In this document: positions 30,800 through 37,411 of the stretch, piece by piece
Layout of the letters: each line of letters starts with the position of its first letter
Position numbering within the stretch: position 1 is the stretch's first letter
NCBI GenBank assembly: GCA_965213845.1
Contig: CBDCAI010000007.1
Span: 19,818-83,817 of the forward strand
DNA length: 64,000 bases
Direction: 5' to 3'
Origin: Acetobacteraceae bacterium
Lineage (GTDB): Bacteria > Pseudomonadota > Alphaproteobacteria > Acetobacterales > Acetobacteraceae
Made by a program: the position numbers and the translations under genes
Notes under the pieces: generated by a model
Seen by the model: the letters and a program-made list of their open reading frames with translations, nothing else
Told to the model about the DNA's origin: nothing
Database searches by the model: none

Positions 30800-30848
30800 C
30801 CCAAGCCCCGCCGGCCCAAGCCCCGTCTGCCCAAGCCCCGTCGGCCCA
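30800..30848. repeat. 3.3 copies of a 15-bp direct repeat (CCCAAGCCCCG+N4); the minus strand is a G-tract array
   Basis: CCCAAGCCCCG occurs at 30800, 30815 and 30830, with a partial copy at 30845. The array lies 43-91 nt upstream of the sugar-transferase ATG. Confidence 0.85.
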
Positions 30849-30896
30849 CGCGCTGTCAAAGCCTTAACCCCGGACACGACACAGTCCCGGGCATGC

Positions 30897-30932
30897 CACG
30901 ACCGTCTTCGACGACACGACCGTCTTCAACGA
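30897..30932. repeat. 2 x 18-bp tandem direct repeat (CACGACCGTCTTCGACGA / CACGACCGTCTTCAACGA)
   Basis: Read directly; the two copies differ at one position. Located in the divergent intergenic region of the EPS locus. Confidence 0.85.
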
Positions 30933-31167
30933 GACAAGGATGCGCGACTGCCACGCCCCGGCGGGGCACGACGGGACCAACGTCCTCGTTGCACATCGGT
31001 TCATAGCGGATTGCTCATGTCCCTGCAAACTCCACCGTCATCGTCCGTTAAATCGCCATTTGGGAACACGCGGGACTTGTTAGTTTTTGCCATGAACCTG
31101 TCAATCCATACCGGCAGGGGCTCCTGCCATCGTGACGACCCCGCCGCGAAGTGGTACACAGGCTCCA

Positions 31168-31183
31168 TGGAAACGAGCTTGCC
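31168..31183 (+). promoter_or_regulatory. candidate sigma-54 -24/-12 promoter of the kinase-to-xrtA operon
   Basis: TGGAAA-CGAGC-TTGCC has invariant GG and TTGC with exact consensus spacing. The GC is ~73 nt upstream of the ATG at 31256. The sigma-54 activator PrsR is encoded in the divergent operon. Confidence 0.35.
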
Positions 31184-31255
31184 TTCGAACGCAGAGTGTC
31201 GCCCGTCCCGCTTGTTTTCCTTGCCGAACCCGGGCAAGGGCGAGTACTCAGAATC

Positions 31256-32719
31256 ATGAGCGACCGATCCGAACACCTGATCGAGCGGGCAGCGGCCAAG
31301 CTGCGGGCGACCGGCCCCACCTTGCTGCCCGACCGGCTGCCGCCTGAGCCTGTTCAGGGTGCCGCTCCGCCGCCCGAGCCGGCGCCGGACGTGCCGGCTG
31401 CAGCCCCGGCCCCGCCTGCCCCCCGCGGAACGGCCCCGCCCTTCAGGCCCATCGCCATGCCGCCCGGGGCGAACACCCCGCCGCCCGTCATCTCCCTCGG
31501 GACCGGGCAGCCGCCCGGCGACACCGGGTTCCGCGCCTTCGAGCCGATCCGGCTCCCCAACAACGGCGCCGTGAAGCTTCCCCCGGGCGAGAACGGCCGG
31601 ATGCCGGTGGGCCCGGCCGACGGGTTGCCGCCGGGCGGTCTCACGGTCCCTCCGGGCGGGCTCACGGTCCCTCCGGGCGGGCTCACGGTCCCGCAGGCCG
31701 GTCCCGGGTCCGAACCCAGGGTGCAGGCGCCCCGTCCGGTGCCCGAACGGCCCGAGACGGAAGCGGTCCCGGACAGCTTCGCAGGCCCGATCCCGACACC
31801 TGCGAAACCCCTGACGCGACCCGTGCTGACCGCGCCGCCCCCCGCGCTGTCGATCGCCGCGGGGCCCACGCAGGCCAACCTCTCCTATGCGCCGTCGGCC
31901 ATCCCCAGCTTCAGCGCCGTCGGGATGGAGCTGCGGGCGCCGAGCCAGGCGGGCCCAGGCACCACGCTGGCCCTTCAGCCGCCCCCCATCGTGCAGCTCG
32001 ACGCGCTGGAGCGGGCCGGCATGGTCGTCGCCCGCACCACGCGCACCCGGATCTCCGAGGAATACCGCATCGCGATCGGCCGGATCCTGCGGGTGCTGCA
32101 CGAGACGGTCGACGTGCAGGGCGCCCGCAACGTGCTGATGGTCACCAGTGCCCGCCCTGGCGAAGGCAAGAGCTTCACCGCACTCAACCTGGCGGGCAGC
32201 ATCGCCCAGAACGGGACCGACGCCGTCCTGCTGGTCGACGTGGACCCGAAGGTGAAGCCGCTGTCGGACCAGCTCGGCCTGGGCGAGGTGCAAGGCTTCC
32301 TCGACCTCGTCTCCGACCCGTCCCTGCGTCCGGAAGACCTGCTGCGGGTCACCGCCATCCCCAACCTGGCCATCATGCCCGTCGGCACCCGCCTGGGCGG
32401 CGCCGCACAGACCATCGGCGGCACCGCCAGCATGCGGCCGATCATCCCCACCATCACCCGCCTGGCCCGGCGCTTCCCGAAGCACCTCATCATGCTCGAC
32501 GCGCCGCCCTGCCTGTCCACCAGCGACCCGCACACCCTGGCCCCGCACGTCGGCCAGGTCGTGCTGGTCGTCGAGGCCGAGCGCACCCAGCGCAGCGAAG
32601 TCGAGGCCGCGGTCGACCTCGTGCGCGTCTGCCCCAGCATCACCCTGCTGCTCAACAAGGTCCGCATGACCACCAGCCACACGTTCGGGGCATACGACTA
32701 CTTCGGCTCCTACACCTAA
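31256..32719 (+). CDS. PEP-CTERM-locus BY-kinase-like P-loop protein (EpsG-type tyrosine autokinase homologue) with ~220-aa proline-rich insertion
   Basis: ATG at 31256 (MSDRSEHLIERAAAKL). C-terminal MinD/BY-kinase domain with Walker A SARPGEGKSF, Walker A' LLVDVDPKV, Walker B LIMLDAPP and C-terminal tyrosines GAYDYFGSYT. Confidence 0.75.
   Translation: MSDRSEHLIERAAAKLRATGPTLLPDRLPPEPVQGAAPPPEPAPDVPAAAPAPPAPRGTAPPFRPIAMPPGANTPPPVISLGTGQPPGDTGFRAFEPIRLPNNGAVKLPPGENGRMPVGPADGLPPGGLTVPPGGLTVPPGGLTVPQAGPGSEPRVQAPRPVPERPETEAVPDSFAGPIPTPAKPLTRPVLTAPPPALSIAAGPTQANLSYAPSAIPSFSAVGMELRAPSQAGPGTTLALQPPPIVQLDALERAGMVVARTTRTRISEEYRIAIGRILRVLHETVDVQGARNVLMVTSARPGEGKSFTALNLAGSIAQNGTDAVLLVDVDPKVKPLSDQLGLGEVQGFLDLVSDPSLRPEDLLRVTAIPNLAIMPVGTRLGGAAQTIGGTASMRPIIPTITRLARRFPKHLIMLDAPPCLSTSDPHTLAPHVGQVVLVVEAERTQRSEVEAAVDLVRVCPSITLLLNKVRMTTSHTFGAYDYFGSYT
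31628..31690 (+). repeat. in-frame 3 x 21-bp tandem repeat encoding (PPGGLTV)3
   Basis: Units at 31628-48, 31649-69 and 31670-90. Units 2 and 3 are identical; unit 1 differs at 2 nt. Confidence 0.9.
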
Positions 32720-32739
32720 GCCGATGCGCGGCTGACGCG

Positions 32740-34479
32740 ATGCCCCGCCGCCTTTCCTTCCGGGCGCCCGCCCGCGTGGGTGCGGGCCTCCCGTACGTTG
32801 GGCTGATCGTGCTCGGCGCCACGAGCCTCGCACCCGCGCCTGCCCTGGCGCAGGGTGCCGGGCTCGGCAACCTGCTGCCCGGGCTCGGCGCTGACGCACG
32901 GGTCGGCAACCTCCGGCCGCAACTCGAACGCTTCTTCCAGGGCGAGCCCTCCACAGCCCGGCCCAGCTGGCTGATCCAGCCCGGCATCGACGTCCAGGTG
33001 GGCGCCACGGACAACGCCGTCCGCAGCGCCAGCGCGCCGCGGGCCGACGTGTTCACGATCATCACCCCGCAGATCGCCCTCAGCGGCGACACGCCCCGGC
33101 TCAAGCTGAACCTCAGCTACGCGCCCCAGGTCACGGAATATGCCTCGACCGCCAGCCAGAACCGCATCAGCCAATACGGCAACGCCACCAGCCTGCTGAC
33201 CGTCGTGCCCGACCTGTTCTTCATCGACATGCGCGGCAGCATCACCCAGCAGTCGCTGACCACGGGCGGCTTCAACCAGGGCCAGGTCCAGAGCTATAAC
33301 CAGCAGAACGACGTCCAGACGGCGACCGTCTCGATCAACCCCTATCTGGAGCGCAGCTTCGGCGGCTGGGGGATGGGCCGGGTCGGCTACACCTACAACC
33401 GGACCTTGCAGGATCTGCAGAGCAACCAGAACCAGAACAGCCTGCTCAACAACCAGAACACGTTTGGCACCCCGGCCTACGGCACCACCGGCAACCTGAC
33501 GACCCAGACCGAGCGGGCGTTCTACTCGTCGGGCGAGAACCTCGGGCGCTTCAACGACCAGGTCGTCATCCAGGCGACGCAGTATGCAGGCGGCGCCTCC
33601 TATGTCGGCGCGCACCGCAACGAGGCCTCGAACCAGCTGAGCTTCGCCGTCGACCACACCTTCACGCTGCTGGCGTCCTACGGCTACCAGGACGTGCGCT
33701 ATGGCGGCACACCCGGGGTGCGGATCAATCAGCCGAGCTACAGCGCCGGATTCCGCTATGCGCCGAACCCCGACACCTCCGTCACGCTGCAGTACGGCAA
33801 GCAGGACGGGCAGGCCAACCTGTCGCTGGACAGCCAGGTGGCGCTGACTGCCCGCATCCGGCTGATCGCGCGCTACAGCACGGGCGTGACCACGGACCTC
33901 GAGCAGTCGCAGAACCAGCTGAACAACACATCCGTCGGTGCCAACGGCGCGTTGACGGACCGAACCAGCGGCGCCCCGGTCAGCGGGGTGAACGGCTTCT
34001 CGGGCCTGCAGAACGGCGTCTATCGCGTCAAGCGGTTCTCGGCCGAGGTGCTGTTCCTGCAAGACCGCGACAGCTACGACCTCTCGCTCACCAACGAGAA
34101 CCGCACCTCGCTCACCAGCAGCCCGACGCTGCTGGGCAACGGCGTCGTGCCGTCGGGCACCAGCACCACGAGCACCTACGGGACCGTGACCTGGCAGCAC
34201 GACCTGGCGCCCGACATGAGCACGAACGTCGCCCTCCAATACGGCGTGACGAGCAACACCTCGCAGTTCGTCAGCGGGGGCGGGAACGGCGGCAGCGGAG
34301 ACCAGACGACGCTGTCCTTCTCGGCCTCCATCAACAAGCAGTTCAGCCAGACACTCGGCGCCAGTCTGCGCTATACCTACACGGACCAGTCAGGGGGCCA
34401 GGTGTTGACGACGAACGGATTCAATTCAGGGACCTACTCGTCCAACATCGCGCTGCTCAGCCTGCACAAGTCGTTCTGA
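32740..34479 (+). CDS. uncharacterised PEP-CTERM-system-associated outer-membrane beta-barrel protein (pepcterm_hypo_1-like)
   Basis: Signal peptide ending APAPALA-QG. Q/N/S/T/G-rich sequence with alternating beta-strand-like patterns. C-terminal ...IALLSLHKSF has a terminal Phe, typical of OMPs. It occupies the same locus position as the TIGRFAM family. Confidence 0.65.
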   Translation: MPRRLSFRAPARVGAGLPYVGLIVLGATSLAPAPALAQGAGLGNLLPGLGADARVGNLRPQLERFFQGEPSTARPSWLIQPGIDVQVGATDNAVRSASAPRADVFTIITPQIALSGDTPRLKLNLSYAPQVTEYASTASQNRISQYGNATSLLTVVPDLFFIDMRGSITQQSLTTGGFNQGQVQSYNQQNDVQTATVSINPYLERSFGGWGMGRVGYTYNRTLQDLQSNQNQNSLLNNQNTFGTPAYGTTGNLTTQTERAFYSSGENLGRFNDQVVIQATQYAGGASYVGAHRNEASNQLSFAVDHTFTLLASYGYQDVRYGGTPGVRINQPSYSAGFRYAPNPDTSVTLQYGKQDGQANLSLDSQVALTARIRLIARYSTGVTTDLEQSQNQLNNTSVGANGALTDRTSGAPVSGVNGFSGLQNGVYRVKRFSAEVLFLQDRDSYDLSLTNENRTSLTSSPTLLGNGVVPSGTSTTSTYGTVTWQHDLAPDMSTNVALQYGVTSNTSQFVSGGGNGGSGDQTTLSFSASINKQFSQTLGASLRYTYTDQSGGQVLTTNGFNSGTYSSNIALLSLHKSF

Positions 34480-34492
34480 GCCGCACCGCATC

Positions 34493-35488
34493 GTGTACGA
34501 GAAGTTCTACAACCTCACGGGGATGCCCTTCCAGCTGACGCCGGACAGCCGTTTCTTCTTCGGCAGCCGCGGGCACAGCAAGGCGATCGCGCACCTGAAT
34601 TACGGGTTGGCCCAGGGCGAAGGCTTCATCATCATCACCGGCGAGGTCGGCGCCGGCAAGACGACCCTGGTCGAGTGGCTCCGCTCGCAGATGGACCGGA
34701 CGGCCTACACCGTGGCGCGGGTCAGCACGACGCAGGTGTCCGAAGGCGACCTGTTCCGCCTGGCCATGGCCGGCTTCGGCCTGGCCGACGAATCGCTCAC
34801 CAAGGCCGCCCTGCTGCACCGGTTCGAAGACGTGTTGCGGCAGCACCAGGCTTCGGGCCGCCGCTGCCTGCTGATCGTCGACGAGGCACAGAACCTGTCC
34901 CTGGCCGCGCTCGAGGAGCTGCGGATGCTGTCCAACATCACCGTGGACGGGCGCACCTCGCTGCAGACCATCCTGCTCGGCCAGCCGCAGTTCCGCCGCA
35001 TGCTCGCCAGCCCCAACCTCGAGCAGCTGCGCCAGCGCGTGCTCACCAGCTACCACCTGGGGCCGCTCAGCCAGGACGAGACCCGCGCCTACATCGAGCA
35101 CCGCATGAACGCGGTCGGCTGGAACAACGACCCGCATTGGGAGGACGACGCCTTCACCGCCGTGTTCAGCCACACCGGCGGCGTGCCCCGGCGCATCAAC
35201 CGCCTGTGCTCGCGCGTGCTGCTGTACGGCGTGCTGGAGGAGACCCACACCATCAGCGCCGCCGTGGTCGACACGACCGCCATCGAGCTGGCGCAGGACC
35301 TGGAGGGCGTCCGCAAGGACTTCGAGGACGGTGCGGCCCTCGAGGCGAACAGCGATGGCGGCCTCGTAGAGAACGACATGTCCGGCCAGGGCGACCTCAT
35401 GAGCCGGGTCGAGGCGCTGGAGCAGCAGATGGCGATGCGGGAACGGGTGTTCCGGCGCCTGACGCAGATGCTGGGCGTGCAGGGGTGA
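34493..35488 (+). CDS. XrtA/PEP-CTERM system-associated AAA ATPase (ExeA/GspA-like)
   Basis: GTG start. The N-terminus MYEKFYNLTGMPFQLTPDSRFFF, Walker A GEVGAGKT and Walker B LLIVDEAQNL are typical of the pepcterm_ATPase/ExeA family. No TM or peptidoglycan-binding domain. Confidence 0.8.
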   Translation: MYEKFYNLTGMPFQLTPDSRFFFGSRGHSKAIAHLNYGLAQGEGFIIITGEVGAGKTTLVEWLRSQMDRTAYTVARVSTTQVSEGDLFRLAMAGFGLADESLTKAALLHRFEDVLRQHQASGRRCLLIVDEAQNLSLAALEELRMLSNITVDGRTSLQTILLGQPQFRRMLASPNLEQLRQRVLTSYHLGPLSQDETRAYIEHRMNAVGWNNDPHWEDDAFTAVFSHTGGVPRRINRLCSRVLLYGVLEETHTISAAVVDTTAIELAQDLEGVRKDFEDGAALEANSDGGLVENDMSGQGDLMSRVEALEQQMAMRERVFRRLTQMLGVQG

Positions 35489-36348
35489 GCCTCGTCAACG
35501 CGGCGACGGTGGACGTGGAGGACTACTTTCAGGTCCAGGCCTTCGCCGGCGTCATCGACCCGGCGCAATGGGACACGATCCCGTGCCGGGTCGAGGCGAA
35601 CATGGACCGCATGCTGGGCCAGTTCGCGGCGGCGGGCGTTCGCGGCACCTTCTTCACCCTCGGCTGGGTGGCCGAGCGCTTCCCCGCCCTGGTTCGCCGG
35701 ATCGTGGCCGACGGGCACGAGCTGGCCAGCCACGGCCACGGCCACCAGCTGGTGCACAGCCTGACCCCGGACGCCTTCCACGACGACGTGCTACGCGCCA
35801 AAACCGTGCTGGAACAGACCGGCGGCGTTCCCGTGCAGGGCTACCGCGCGCCCACCTTCTCCATCGGACCCCGCAACGCCTGGGCGTGGGACGTGCTGGA
35901 GCAGACGGGACACCGCTACAGCAGCAGCGTCTTCCCGGTGAAGCACGACCTGTACGGCGTGCCCGACGCGCCCCGCTTCCCCTATCGCCCCGGCCCGGGC
36001 ACGCTTACCGAAATCCCCATGACGACGCTGCGGCTGGGCGGCCGCAACATCCCCGTCTCCGGCGGCGGCTACTTCCGGCTGATGCCCTACGCCCTGTTCC
36101 GCACCCTGCTGCGCCGCTACCACACCGTCGAGGAACGCCCCAGCGTGTTCTACATCCACCCCTGGGAGATCGATCCCGGCCAGCCCCGCGTTCCCGGCAC
36201 CAGCCGCCTTTCGCGCTTCCGCCACACCGTCAACCTGGCCGCCACCGCAGGCCGCATCGACCGGCTGCTGCAGGACTTCCGATGGGGCCGCATGGACCAG
36301 GTCTTCGCCGCCGACCTGGCCCGGCCGCTCGAGCGTCAGGCGGCCTGA
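35485..36348 (+). CDS. XrtA-system polysaccharide deacetylase (CE4 family)
   Basis: GTGA overlap with the upstream stop. The N-terminus NAATVDVEDYFQV and motifs FFTLGWVAE and ELASHGHGH are typical of the PEP-CTERM-locus deacetylase subfamily. Confidence 0.85.
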   Translation: MSLVNAATVDVEDYFQVQAFAGVIDPAQWDTIPCRVEANMDRMLGQFAAAGVRGTFFTLGWVAERFPALVRRIVADGHELASHGHGHQLVHSLTPDAFHDDVLRAKTVLEQTGGVPVQGYRAPTFSIGPRNAWAWDVLEQTGHRYSSSVFPVKHDLYGVPDAPRFPYRPGPGTLTEIPMTTLRLGGRNIPVSGGGYFRLMPYALFRTLLRRYHTVEERPSVFYIHPWEIDPGQPRVPGTSRLSRFRHTVNLAATAGRIDRLLQDFRWGRMDQVFAADLARPLERQAA

Positions 36349-36355
36349 CACCCCC

Positions 36356-37411
36356 ATGCCCAACGCCACCCTCGTCTCGTCGCTCGATCCCGCAAGGATC
36401 CCCGCCTGGGACGCCTTCGTCGCCGCCCACCCGGACGGCACCTTCTTCCATCGCGCCGCCTGGGCCGACATCCTGGCCCGCGCCTTCCGCCACACGGCGC
36501 ACTACCTGGTGGCCGAACGCGCCGGCGCCGTGGTCGGCGTGCTGCCGCTGGTCCGGGTCAAGACGCTGCTGTTCGGCGACAGCCTGGTGTCGGCCCCGTT
36601 CTGCGTCTATGGCGGGCCCCTGGCCGCCGACGCCGCCGCCGCCACCGCCCTGGCCGACGCCGCCGACGCCCTGATGCGCCGCCTGAACGTGCCCGTCATG
36701 GAGTGGCGCTTCCGCGACCCTGTCCCGGACGGCTGGCTCGACCCGTCCTGGCAGTCCCGCGACGACCTCTATGTCACCTTCCGCAAGCCGATCGCGGCCG
36801 ACGATGCCGTCAACATGAAGGCGATCCCCCGCAAGCAGCGCGCCATGGTCCGCAAGGCGATCGACCTCGGCCTGGTGTCGACGGTCGGCACGGACATCGA
36901 CACGCTGCACGCCATCTACAGCGAAAGCGTGCGCAACCTCGGCACGCCCGTCGTCTCCCGCCGCTACTTCCAGATGTTGGCCGAGGCCTTCCCCGGCGAG
37001 ATGGACGTAGTGATCGTGCGTGACGCGGCCGGCGCGCCCGTCTCGGCCGTGATGAACTTCTACGACCGGGGCGAGGTGCTTCCCTATTACGGCGGCGGCC
37101 TGGCTGCGGCCCGGCAGCTGGCCGGGCACGACTTCCTGTATTGGGAGGTGATGCGCCGGGCCACAGCGCGCGGCTGCACCGGCTTCGACTTCGGGCGCAG
37201 CAAGCTCGGCACCGGCTCGTTCGCGTTCAAGAAAAACTGGGGCTTCCCGCCCGCCCCGCTGCGGCACCGCTACCGCCTGGCGCCCGGGCGCAGCATCCCG
37301 GACCACAACCCGCTCAACCCGAAATACGCGCTGTTCATCGCCGCATGGAAGCGCCTGCCGCTGCCGGTCGCCAACCTGGTCGGCCCCCACATCGTGCGCG
37401 GCGTCGGCTGA
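36356..37411 (+). CDS. FemAB-family protein, PEP-CTERM system-associated
   Basis: 351 aa. Motifs TFFHRAAWADIL, PFCVYGGP, KQRAMVRKA and FDFGRSKLGTGSFAFKKNWGF resemble the pepcterm_femAB subfamily. Confidence 0.8.
   Translation: MPNATLVSSLDPARIPAWDAFVAAHPDGTFFHRAAWADILARAFRHTAHYLVAERAGAVVGVLPLVRVKTLLFGDSLVSAPFCVYGGPLAADAAAATALADAADALMRRLNVPVMEWRFRDPVPDGWLDPSWQSRDDLYVTFRKPIAADDAVNMKAIPRKQRAMVRKAIDLGLVSTVGTDIDTLHAIYSESVRNLGTPVVSRRYFQMLAEAFPGEMDVVIVRDAAGAPVSAVMNFYDRGEVLPYYGGGLAAARQLAGHDFLYWEVMRRATARGCTGFDFGRSKLGTGSFAFKKNWGFPPAPLRHRYRLAPGRSIPDHNPLNPKYALFIAAWKRLPLPVANLVGPHIVRGVG

Noticed and set aside
30758-30877. A 40-aa N-terminal extension of the sugar transferase from the ATG at 30877, containing a (TGLGx) repeat.
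   Set aside because: The internal ATG at 30757 has a GAGGAT RBS and gives the family-typical N-terminus MPRFFDRHV. The extension has intermediate GC3 and a rare ATA codon. I treated it as non-coding repeat DNA.
31152-31166. TGGTACacaggCTCC, considered as a sigma-54 promoter.
   Set aside because: It has a good -24 box but no GC dinucleotide at the -12 position. The neighbouring element at 31168-31183 fits much better.
31011-31259. An 82-aa ORF in the EPS divergent region whose TGA overlaps the ATG of the kinase-like gene (ATGA), suggesting a coupled upstream gene or leader peptide.
   Set aside because: I recognise no family resemblance, hydrophobic core or PEP-CTERM tail. Third-position GC is only ~70%, against roughly 85-90% in neighbouring genes. 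It would also lie largely upstream of the candidate sigma-54 transcription start. Ribo-seq could revive it.
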